Origin: Candidatus Solibacter sp.
GTDB taxonomy: Bacteria; Acidobacteriota; Terriglobia; Bryobacterales; Bryobacteraceae
Reading direction: 5' to 3'
Assembly: GCA_025361425.1 (NCBI GenBank)
Contig: JANYAH010000083.1
Location: forward strand, 13,315 to 77,314
Length of the DNA stretch: 64,000 nt
Below are positions 28,228-35,693 of this stretch, piece by piece. The number at the start of each line of letters is the position of its first letter. The stretch's first letter is position 1. Position numbers and translations under genes: made by a program. A model generated the notes under the pieces. That model did no database searches and was not told where the DNA came from. It saw nothing but the letters and a program-made list of their open reading frames with translations.

Positions 28228-30834
28228 ATGTCCCGAACTGTCGCCTTTTTCGCCGCCCTCTGTCTCCTCGCCGCTCTCCACTCCCAGCAACCCGTGCGTG
28301 GCGCCGCCCCACAGCCGCCCGGCCGCACCCCCACCATTGAGCAGCGCTCTACCGGCATGCAGAAGCTCGACGGCTTCTTCCCCGTCTATTGGGAAGAGCA
28401 CACCGGCAGCCTCTGGCTTGAAATTCCCCGCCTCGACACCCCTGTCCTCTACGTCACCGGCCTCGCCACCGGACTCGGCTCCAACGACATCGGCCTCGAC
28501 CGCGGACAGGAAGGCGGCGGCAAGATCGTCTCCTTCGAGCGCGTCGGACCTCGCGTGCTCATGGTCCAGGGCAACGAAAACTTCCGCTCCTCCAGCGCCA
28601 ACCCCGCCGAACGCCGCTCCGTGGAGGAATCCTTCGCCAAGTCCACGCTCTGGGGCTTCACCATCGCCGCCGAGAGTGATGGCCGCCTCCTGGTGGACGC
28701 CACCGATTTCTTCCTCCGCGACGGCCACGGCGCCGCCAGCGCGCTCGGCTCCGGCACAGCCGCTTACCGCGTGGATCGCACGCGCAGCGCCGTCTACCTG
28801 CCGCGCACCAAGGCCTTTCCCAAAAACACCGAGATCGAAGTCACCCTCACCTTCACCAATGAGGCCGGTGGTGGACGCGGCGGCGGTGGCGCCGGACCCA
28901 ACCAGGGGCCGCCCCCCATCGTGGTCGCATCCCCAGCCGCCGCGCCCGCACGGGGTGGGCGCGCCGGCGGACTCTTCTCCGGTACCGTCGCCAGCGTGGC
29001 TCCCACCGCCGAAGCCGTCACCCTCCGCGAACACTATTCCCTGGTTGCACTCCCCGACGCCAACTACCAGCCGCGCTACGACGACCCGCGCGCCGGCTAC
29101 GGCGGCCTCACCTACGTCGATTACAGCACCCCCATCGGCGAGCCCATGGTGAAACGCTACCTCCGCCGCCACCGCCTCGAAAAAAAGGACCCCTCCGCCG
29201 CCATCGGCGACCCCGTCAAGCCCATCCAGTATTGGGTGGATCCCGGCGCGCCGGAAGACGTGCGCCGCGCCCTGGTCGAAGGCGCCAGTTGGTGGAACCA
29301 GGCCTTCGAAGCCGCCGGATTCCGTAACGCCTTCCAGGTAGCCGTTCTCCCCGATGGCGCCGACCCCATGGACATCCGCTACAACATGATCAATTGGGTC
29401 CACCGCTCTACCCGCGGCTGGAGTTTGGGCAGCACTGTCGCCGACCCGCGCACCGGCGAGATCATCAAAGCCACCGTCACCCTCGGCTCCCTGCGCGACC
29501 GCCAGGACTACCTGATCTTCGAGGGCCTGCTTTCCCCCTACGACACCGGCGACGAGAAGCCCCCCATCCTCTACCAGACCGCCCTCGCCCGCATCCGCCA
29601 ACTCGCCGCCCACGAAGTCGGCCACACCCTCGGCCTGGGCCACAACTACTACGACAGCTCCCTGGGATGGATTTCCGTGATGGACTATCCGCACCCCCAG
29701 GAGAAGTTGCGCGACGATGGCTCGATCGATCTCTCCGAAGCCTACCCGGCGCGCATCGGCGATTGGGACAAGGTCGCCATCGGTTATGGCTACCGCGTGC
29801 TGCCCAAGCGCGACGAACCCGCCGGGCTTGCCAAGATCCTCAACGATGCCTGGTCCACGGATCTCCGTTACATGACCAATCAGGACACGGACCTCCACCC
29901 GAGAGTGGATCAATGGTCCAACGGCGTAAATCAGGCCGACGAACTCAACCGCCTCATGAAGGTGCGGCGCGCCGCGCTCAACCGCCTCGGCGAGCGCACC
30001 ATCCGCAACGGCGCCCCCCTGGCCACCATCGAAGAGCCGCTGGTACCAATCTTCATGTATCACCGCTTCGCCGTAGAATCCACCGCCTCCATGGTGGCCG
30101 GCCAGGATTACATTTACGCCATGCGCGGCGACGGCCGCACAGCGGTCAAGTGGGAGACCGCCGCCAACCAGCGCAAGGCCCTGGACGCGTTGGCCAACAC
30201 CCTGAAGCCCGCCGAACTCGCCGTGCCGAAACATGTGCTGGATTTCATCCCGCCGCGTCCGCCGGGCTTCGGCCGCCATCGCGAACTCTTCCCGCGCACT
30301 ACCGGCGACGCCTTCGATCCGCTCAGTCCGGCTACCGTTGCCGCGGATGTGACCATCGGCTTCACCCTGCAACTCGACCGCGCCGCGCGCATGGTGGCGC
30401 AGCACGCCCTGGACGCCACGCTGCCCGGTCTGGAGGAAGTCATCGACCGTCTCACCAAGGCCACCTTCGACGCCCCGGTTGCCTCGCCCTATGAAGCCGA
30501 GATCCGGCGCGCCGAGGAGCGCGTCTTGGTGGACCGCGTCATCTGGTTGGCCACCGGCGCGGGCAATGGCCAGGTGCGCGCCATCGCCGCCTTCAAGCTC
30601 GACAAACTGGCCTCGCGCATGCGCGGCGCCGCGCCGCTAGGCGAATCCGAGCAAGCGCAGCACAGACAACTCGCCGCCGACATCAAGCGCTTCCTGGAGC
30701 GTCCCGCCGACACCATGCGCGTCATGCCGGCGCCCGACGCCCCCCCGGGCGCCCCCATCGGCGAGGCCCCGATGGATTGGCTGGCCCCCGTGCCCGCCTG
30801 CTCCTGGAACTCCGCCCACCCCGACTGGCGGTAG
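28228..30834 (+). CDS. secreted zinc metalloprotease (metzincin-like, DUF5117/DUF4953-type architecture)
   Basis: 868-aa ORF with signal peptide MSRTVAFFAALCLLAALHS and the zinc motif AAHEVGHTLGLGHN (H-E-x2-H-x2-G-x2-H). TATAAT lies at 28199-28204, 23 nt upstream. The 772-aa antisense ORF is rejected. Confidence 0.85.
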   Translation: MSRTVAFFAALCLLAALHSQQPVRGAAPQPPGRTPTIEQRSTGMQKLDGFFPVYWEEHTGSLWLEIPRLDTPVLYVTGLATGLGSNDIGLDRGQEGGGKIVSFERVGPRVLMVQGNENFRSSSANPAERRSVEESFAKSTLWGFTIAAESDGRLLVDATDFFLRDGHGAASALGSGTAAYRVDRTRSAVYLPRTKAFPKNTEIEVTLTFTNEAGGGRGGGGAGPNQGPPPIVVASPAAAPARGGRAGGLFSGTVASVAPTAEAVTLREHYSLVALPDANYQPRYDDPRAGYGGLTYVDYSTPIGEPMVKRYLRRHRLEKKDPSAAIGDPVKPIQYWVDPGAPEDVRRALVEGASWWNQAFEAAGFRNAFQVAVLPDGADPMDIRYNMINWVHRSTRGWSLGSTVADPRTGEIIKATVTLGSLRDRQDYLIFEGLLSPYDTGDEKPPILYQTALARIRQLAAHEVGHTLGLGHNYYDSSLGWISVMDYPHPQEKLRDDGSIDLSEAYPARIGDWDKVAIGYGYRVLPKRDEPAGLAKILNDAWSTDLRYMTNQDTDLHPRVDQWSNGVNQADELNRLMKVRRAALNRLGERTIRNGAPLATIEEPLVPIFMYHRFAVESTASMVAGQDYIYAMRGDGRTAVKWETAANQRKALDALANTLKPAELAVPKHVLDFIPPRPPGFGRHRELFPRTTGDAFDPLSPATVAADVTIGFTLQLDRAARMVAQHALDATLPGLEEVIDRLTKATFDAPVASPYEAEIRRAEERVLVDRVIWLATGAGNGQVRAIAAFKLDKLASRMRGAAPLGESEQAQHRQLAADIKRFLERPADTMRVMPAPDAPPGAPIGEAPMDWLAPVPACSWNSAHPDWR

Positions 30835-30881
30835 TTCAGAGGCGAACGAGTGCTCGCCAGTCCGGTTTTTATACGGTCGCG

Positions 30882-31736
30882 TTACCAGCCCGGGGTCCAA
30901 AGCCATCCGCCGTTCTTAACGGCAACACGGCCGATGGAAGGGAACGGGAAGTGAAACGCCATCAGGTGCATATCGTCGGCAACGGCACGTTCCATCAGCT
31001 GGCGGCGGGTGACCAGGGCGCGGTCGGGGGCCAGGTCAAATCCGTTCTGCCAGGACGGCCGCTCCAGGTGGAGCGGGTGAACGGCGGCATCGCCCAGGTT
31101 GAGCAACTGGTGGCCTTCGGAGGCAATTAGGACGGCAAGATGGCCTGGCGTGTGACCGGGCGCGGGAATGGCCACCACGCCCGGCACGATTTCGCTCTCC
31201 CGGTCGATGGGCTCCATCTGGTGGCGCAGCGGGCCGAGGCAGCGCCGCGCCATGGAGTTGATGGACTCTTTGGCCGCCTCAGGCAGGCGGAGAGGGCTCA
31301 GGTCGGTGCGGGCGCCGGTCCAGAATTCCCATTCCAGTTCGGAGAGAACATAGCGGGCGTTGGGGAATGCGGGGCGCCCGCACAGGTCGATGGCCCCGCC
31401 GATGTGGTCGGGGTGCGCGTGGGTGAGGATCACCGTATCGACATCCTTGGGGCGGATGCCAGCCACTGCGAGGCGCGCCTGAATGGCGCCGGACGTGGCG
31501 GAGTATTCGCCGGCTCCGGTATCCACCAGCACGATATGGCGTTCGGTTTCGATGAGCAGGCAGGTATAAGGGCTGAGCACGGCGTCCTGGGGCAGGTGAT
31601 GGCTTTCCAGCGCCTGGCTGAGATCGGCGGGGTCGGCGTTGGGGAAGAACCAGGACGTCGGGTACGAGTAGTAGCCGTCGCTGAGAACGGTGCAGCCGAT
31701 GGATCCGACCTGGAACCGATGAGAGCCCTCTGGCAT
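30882..31736 (-). CDS. MBL-fold metallo-hydrolase
   Basis: 284-aa ORF with the THAHPDHIGG motif and a downstream PGHTPGH motif. Confidence 0.85.
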   Translation of the reverse strand: MPEGSHRFQVGSIGCTVLSDGYYSYPTSWFFPNADPADLSQALESHHLPQDAVLSPYTCLLIETERHIVLVDTGAGEYSATSGAIQARLAVAGIRPKDVDTVILTHAHPDHIGGAIDLCGRPAFPNARYVLSELEWEFWTGARTDLSPLRLPEAAKESINSMARRCLGPLRHQMEPIDRESEIVPGVVAIPAPGHTPGHLAVLIASEGHQLLNLGDAAVHPLHLERPSWQNGFDLAPDRALVTRRQLMERAVADDMHLMAFHFPFPSIGRVAVKNGGWLWTPGW

Positions 31737-31743
31737 ATGGGAG

Positions 31744-31772
31744 AGTTAACCCTAAATAGGACAAAAAGTCAA
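31744..31772 (-). promoter_or_regulatory. sigma-70-type promoter of the MBL gene (TTGACT-17 nt-TTAACT), 7 nt from the ATG
   Basis: The minus strand reads TTGACT-ttttgtcctatttaggg-TTAACT-ctcccat-ATG. The -35 is good, the spacing ideal and the -10 weak. It implies an essentially leaderless mRNA. Confidence 0.4.
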
Positions 31773-31794
31773 AATAATCTTTTCTGGTGTGGTC

Positions 31795-31898
31795 AGAGAG
31801 AGCCGTCGAATGGAGGGAACGCTCATCTAGGAGCGGTGGGGATTCCGGGGAAGGATGTGGGAACGTCAAGGAGGAAGTTTGGCGATTCGGCTCTCTCT
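31795..31898. other. structured element: perfect 11-bp long-range stem enclosing an 82-nt purine-rich insert
   Basis: agagagagccg (31795-31805) pairs perfectly with cggctctctct (31888-31898). The interior carries ggaggg, aggagc and aaggaggaag motifs and a GGGAACG(C)TC direct repeat. Strand and function are unknown. Confidence 0.3.
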
Positions 31899-31957
31899 TG
31901 CAACTACACATTAGCCTGCCGGCGGGCCTAACTCCGGGGGACTGATAGGGCAAGTGA

Positions 31958-31986
31958 TTGGAAAGAAAGCCCAACAAAAATAAAAT
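31958..31986 (+). promoter_or_regulatory. candidate sigma-70 promoter (TTGGAA-17 nt-TAAAAT) for an orphan transcript
   Basis: Read directly as ttggaa-agaaagcccaacaaaaa-taaaat. No protein gene follows on the plus strand. Confidence 0.35.
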
Positions 31987-31992
31987 GTTTGC

Positions 31993-32138
31993 GAAATGGA
32001 AATGGTGCCGTGTATTGCTGCGCGCGCTCGCGGCGCTAAATTGGGTCGACTGGCGCATCCCAATGTAGTGCGGCCGAAGTCCTGCCGGTTTTGTGGGGCA
32101 GCCAATCCTGGCTGCAGCCGCCTTTCAGGCGGCTTTTT
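31993..32138 (+). ncRNA. candidate ~146-nt small RNA (promoter plus hairpins plus intrinsic terminator), unclassified
   Basis: It lies between the candidate promoter and terminator. Hairpins: ATTGGG-13 nt-CCCAAT (32040-32064), CTGCC-10 nt-GGCAG (32082-32101), GCAGCC-aatcct-GGCTGC (32098-32115), then the terminator hairpin. The only ORF here (31996-32493) reads through the terminator and into the TonB receptor gene on the opposite strand. Confidence 0.3.
32116..32138 (+). terminator. rho-independent terminator with no upstream plus-strand protein gene
   Basis: AGCCGCC-tttca-GGCGGCT followed by a T run (agccgcctttcaggcggcttttt). Confidence 0.55.
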
Positions 32139-32381
32139 CGACCAAAGCGCGCGCCTGCGTGCCCCGCCAGCGCCGGCGCCTGGAGTTTGTACATTTTGGT
32201 CAACTCAGAAGTGGGACAGACGATCGGTTTTTGTCGTCTGTCGAGGCATGACAGGGGCGAAAAACCACCCCGCATCGACGTTGGCAGACGCTGCCACACA
32301 GTCGTCGCTCGGATGGGAAAATCCTGATCCCCGTGCCATGCAGCAAGGTCGCGGCGATTTCGCACAACCCGGCGGCGGCCC

Positions 32382-34214
32382 TCAGCGCTTGCGGATCACG
32401 AGCTCCACGCCGCCGATGATGGTGCGGCCGGGCATCGCCACGCCGGGGACGGACTGGTACGACGTGTTGGTCGTGTTGCTGACTTGCAGATAGGGATGGA
32501 GCTTGCGGTGCGGGAGGGCGGCATAGATATCCCACAGGGCGTACGCCGGGCGCTGCTGGCGCCGGATGGCTCCCACTCTGGTGCGCAATACGAAATTGCC
32601 GCGCGGGGTGATCTGCCAGGCGAAAACGCCGCTGGCGCTGGGGTAGTTGAACGTGTACTTGGTGAAGCCCGCGGCGATGGTGTCCTGGGTGCCATGCAGT
32701 CCGGTATACCGAAAGTCCACGGTGTGCGTGGTGGACGGTGTCCAGCGCAGCGATGCCTCCCAGCCCTTGAAATTGAGGTTTTGGATGTTGAGCGCGCGCC
32801 AGATATCGGTGGCGGAGGTTCGGTAATAATCGATGCCGTCGCGCTCGCGGCGCTCAAACAGCGTGAGGTCGCCGCGCAAACGCGCGCTGGGGATCCAATC
32901 CACGCCGGTTTCGTACGTCCAGGCGCTCTCGGGGCGCAGCGTGGCGCTACCCGCGTTGCCGGGGTCGTGATAGTAGAGGTCGGTATAAGTGGGAATCCGG
33001 AAGGCGCGACTGGTGGACCCGCGAACCTTCCACTGAGGCGAGAGCCAGACGCCGCCGGCCACGGTGGGCGTGAAGGCGGCGGAGAAGCCGCGGTATATCT
33101 CTTCGCGGGCGGAGACGGTGAGCGAGAACCGCTTGAGGGCGCGGAAATCGGCCGCCGTGTAGGCGGCGGCACGGCTGCGCGCATGAGCGCCGAGGTTGTT
33201 GCTGACGACGGATTCGTGCAGCGCCTCGACGCCGTAGTACAGCGTCGTAGAGGTGGACATTTCCTCGCGGCGCCGCACGGCCGCCTGATAGCTTTCGTCG
33301 GAATGGTGATTGGTGAAGACCTCCGGGCGGTCGCGGTAGAGCACGAAGAGGTCGCTGTGGCGCCGGAAGGCGAAACTCGCGGTAGTCTTCGCCCCCAAGG
33401 CCTGCTGCACGCCGGCAAACCACGTCTTGGTGTCCTCCCAGGAGTTGAAATTGCCGTAAAACTGGTCGGCGCCGAAGGGGTGGTCCATGTAGGCCAGGTT
33501 GAGGGAGCCGTTGCCGAAATCGGTGGCAAGGCGGGTGACGGAGGCGAACTGCAGGTTGCGATAGTCGCGGCCGGGCATGAACCCGGTAGAGAAATCGCGC
33601 GCGAAGGAGAGTTGCTCGGATACCTTTTTGCCGGCGATGCCGAGCGCGGCGCGCTGCTCATTGATGCCGTCGCTGCCGAACGCGCTGCGCAGCCGGAATT
33701 CGGTGACTGAGGGCGGCTGGGTGATGATGTTGATGACGCCGCCCACCGCGTCGGCGCCGTACATGGTGGAACCCGATCCGCGCATCACTTCGACCCGATC
33801 CACGCTATCGAGCGGCACCGGAATATCCATATTGTGGTGGCCGGACTGCGCATCGTTGAGGCGCATGCCGTTGAGCAGCACCAGGGTCTTGCCGAAGCCG
33901 GCGCCGCGGATGGAGAGATCGCCCTGTAGGCCATTGGGCGCGCGTTCGGCCAGGTCGAGCGACGGGTCCAGCTTCAGCAGGTCCACGAGCGTGTTGAGCA
34001 CCAGGCTCTGGCTGCGCGCCGGAAGCACGCGGACGGCCCGGTCGATCTCTTCGAGCGACATGGGCTCGAAGGTTCCGGTCACCACCACGGTGTCGCGCCG
34101 CTCGGGCGGCTGCTGGGCGAGGGCGAGTACAGGTGTAAACGCGAGAAGAAACAGAAATCGGAGGGGCAAACCGTATTGTACATCGCCCTCTCGGGTATGA
34201 TAATTTTCAACCAT
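32382..34214 (-). CDS. TonB-dependent receptor (BtuB-size, plug plus 22-strand barrel)
   Basis: Signal peptide LPLRFLFLLAFTPVLALAQQ, TonB box/plug DTVVVTGTFEP...VEVMRGSGSTMYGADAVGGVINIIT, and a C-terminal barrel ending GGVELVIRKR. The start is ambiguous: ATG 34214 (MVENYHTREGD...) or TTG 34169 (MPLRFLF...). Confidence 0.85.
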   Translation of the reverse strand: MVENYHTREGDVQYGLPLRFLFLLAFTPVLALAQQPPERRDTVVVTGTFEPMSLEEIDRAVRVLPARSQSLVLNTLVDLLKLDPSLDLAERAPNGLQGDLSIRGAGFGKTLVLLNGMRLNDAQSGHHNMDIPVPLDSVDRVEVMRGSGSTMYGADAVGGVINIITQPPSVTEFRLRSAFGSDGINEQRAALGIAGKKVSEQLSFARDFSTGFMPGRDYRNLQFASVTRLATDFGNGSLNLAYMDHPFGADQFYGNFNSWEDTKTWFAGVQQALGAKTTASFAFRRHSDLFVLYRDRPEVFTNHHSDESYQAAVRRREEMSTSTTLYYGVEALHESVVSNNLGAHARSRAAAYTAADFRALKRFSLTVSAREEIYRGFSAAFTPTVAGGVWLSPQWKVRGSTSRAFRIPTYTDLYYHDPGNAGSATLRPESAWTYETGVDWIPSARLRGDLTLFERRERDGIDYYRTSATDIWRALNIQNLNFKGWEASLRWTPSTTHTVDFRYTGLHGTQDTIAAGFTKYTFNYPSASGVFAWQITPRGNFVLRTRVGAIRRQQRPAYALWDIYAALPHRKLHPYLQVSNTTNTSYQSVPGVAMPGRTIIGGVELVIRKR

Positions 34215-34473
34215 GAACTGGAACGATGCAGCGGAAGATCTACTCAACCAGGTGCTGGGCCAGACCCCGTATCCGGTACGTGAGGCCACCGAAGCGCAAC
34301 TGCGCGGCGTCGCGGAGGGGATTGCGGATGACGAGGGCAAGCAGCGGGTCGGCGTGGAGACGGTGATTATCGCCTGGGTGCGTAGTACGCCCGAAGCCCT
34401 GCGGCCCGACTTGCCGCGATTGATGCAAAAATTCGGCCTCGAGCCCGACGAGTACCGGCATCTGCTGGAGTAG
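34213..34473 (+). CDS. PCP-reductase-like (PF08369-type) small protein
   Basis: 86-aa ORF MNWNDAAEDLLNQVLGQTPYPVREATEAQLRGVAEGIADDEGKQRVGVETVIIAW. It fits the W..eA...L..iP.fvR.....E..A...G...V pattern of the protochlorophyllide-reductase C-terminal domain, from memory. TATGAT lies 11 nt upstream. Confidence 0.5.
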   Translation: MNWNDAAEDLLNQVLGQTPYPVREATEAQLRGVAEGIADDEGKQRVGVETVIIAWVRSTPEALRPDLPRLMQKFGLEPDEYRHLLE

Positions 34474-34505
34474 GCGCGGGCGCGGGGCGTCCTGGCTCGC
34501 TATGG

Positions 34506-35267
34506 CTATTGCAAGGCAGCCACGGAATGGATGCCTTCCGACTGCAATACTCCGGCCATTTTCTGAAGTGCGGTTTTGTGGATTTGGGAGACGCGGCTTT
34601 CGTTGACGCCCAGCTCGTCACCGATTTCCTTCATCGTCATGTCGTTGCTGTAGTAGAGGAAGACTACTTTCTGATAGCGCTCGGGGAGGGTGCCAATGGC
34701 GTGTGCCAGGGTGTGCTGGAGCTGGCGGCGTTCGCACATACGGTCGGGCTGGTATTCCGCGGTGGCGGCGAATTCCTGCGTGCGCTCGCGGTCCTGATCG
34801 GGGTTTGAGCTGGTGGATACGAAACCGATAGTGCGCATTTCCATCTGCATGCGGCGCCAGCGCTCCAGGCCGACGCCTAACTGATTGGCCACTTCGGTAT
34901 CGTAAGGGGTGCGTCCGAGTTTTGAGGCCAGATCGCGCGTGGTGCTTTCCACCTGCTTCTGGCGGCGGCGCTGATCGCGCGAAGCCCAATCCAACTGCCG
35001 CAAGCTGTCCAGGATGGCGCCTTTGATGCGGTGCTTGGCATAGCTGTGAAATACCACGTTTTTCGTGCCGTCATATTTGGTCACGGCATCGAACAGGCCC
35101 ATGACACCAGCGTGGATGAGGTCGTCCAGATCCACGTGAACCGGCAGGTTTTCGTGAACGCGAATGGCGATCGCCTTCACCAGGGAAAGATGATCGAGCA
35201 CGATTTGGTCGCGCTGCTCCTGGGTTTGTTTGAGCTGGCGGCGTACGGACACAGTGGTAGCGCGCAT
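34506..35267 (-). CDS. fliA: FliA/WhiG-type (sigma-28 family) RNA polymerase sigma factor
   Basis: 253-aa ORF. Region 2 is DDLIHAGVMGLFDAVTKYD...FHSYAKHRIKGAILDSLR. Region 4 is LPERYQKVVFLYYSNDMTMKEIGDELGVNESRVSQIHKTAL. AGAGGA lies 7 nt upstream of the ATG. Confidence 0.8.
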   Translation of the reverse strand: MRATTVSVRRQLKQTQEQRDQIVLDHLSLVKAIAIRVHENLPVHVDLDDLIHAGVMGLFDAVTKYDGTKNVVFHSYAKHRIKGAILDSLRQLDWASRDQRRRQKQVESTTRDLASKLGRTPYDTEVANQLGVGLERWRRMQMEMRTIGFVSTSSNPDQDRERTQEFAATAEYQPDRMCERRQLQHTLAHAIGTLPERYQKVVFLYYSNDMTMKEIGDELGVNESRVSQIHKTALQKMAGVLQSEGIHSVAALQ

Positions 35268-35331
35268 CTTTTTCGTCCTCTTTCTGGTTTTGTTTTTTTG
35301 GTGCTGCCGGCTTGCCCGACGCAGCTAAGGT

Positions 35332-35347
35332 TGCAGCTTTAGTGCCA
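35332..35347 (-). promoter_or_regulatory. sigma-54 (-24/-12) promoter upstream of the FliA-type sigma factor gene
   Basis: The minus strand reads TGGCAC-taaag-CTGCA, against the consensus TGGCAC-N5-TTGCW. GG/GC spacing is correct, with a single mismatch. It lies ~65 nt upstream of ATG 35267. Confidence 0.5.
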
Positions 35348-35470
35348 CGTAGTTTTGGCAGTTAAAGGTCTTATTTTCAGCTAATGGGCATCGCGGAGAA
35401 CGTTCCAGAATGGAACGTGTTTCAGATCGGAACAGTGGTACGTTTCAGAGTGGTGCGGGGGGGTGGCCGG

Positions 35471-35623
35471 TTACCAGCCGGCCTTATAAGCGATGCAGGT
35501 CTTCACGGTAAGGCCACCAAGCAGGAGCCAAACCGCGGCGCGCATGTTTCCGTCCAGCGTGAAAGTGGCCATTAGCGCTAGAAGGGCGTAGACGCAGAGC
35601 GCCCAAATGAAACGAGGGGTCAT
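35471..35623 (-). CDS. small hydrophobic protein (50 aa, 2 predicted TM helices), hypothetical
   Basis: MTPRFIWALCVYALLALMATFTLDGNMRAAVWLLLGGLTVKTCIAYKAGW. It lies 70 nt downstream of tonB. There is no homology that I can name. Confidence 0.35.
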   Translation of the reverse strand: MTPRFIWALCVYALLALMATFTLDGNMRAAVWLLLGGLTVKTCIAYKAGW

Positions 35624-35693
35624 GTTCCATTCATTCTGACATGCCGAGCCACGTCCGGGCTGCGCTGGGACCCAACAGGCCAGGAAGCCTGTC

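Noticed and set aside
28087-30405. A 772-aa minus-strand ORF antisense to the metalloprotease. Similar long antisense or overlapping ORFs include 10518-12302, 3562-4974, 16830-18137, 38719-40020, 58089-59363 and 46633-47961.
   Set aside because: All are Gly/Ala/Arg/Val-rich with no motifs. They lie exactly opposite genes with clear homology. They are typical stop-codon-poor shadows in high-GC DNA.
31780-32140. Whether the structured ~360-nt plus-strand stretch is RNase P RNA, tmRNA, SRP/6S RNA or a riboswitch.
   Set aside because: None of the expected cores is present. There is no GAGGAAAGUCCGGGC / ACAGAA..CCGGCUUA P4 pairing, since aaggaggaagtttggcg is only a loose look-alike. There is no GGGG...UUCGAC 5' end or tRNA-like 3' end. 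I could see no SRP GGAA/AGCA core and no B12 box, TPP or SAM core. It is reported only as an unclassified candidate.
34215-34505. A cobalamin riboswitch upstream of the BtuB-size TonB receptor.
   Set aside because: The upstream DNA is occupied by a plausible plus-strand ORF, and I found no B12-box-like sequence on the minus strand. There is no room for a ~200-nt aptamer.
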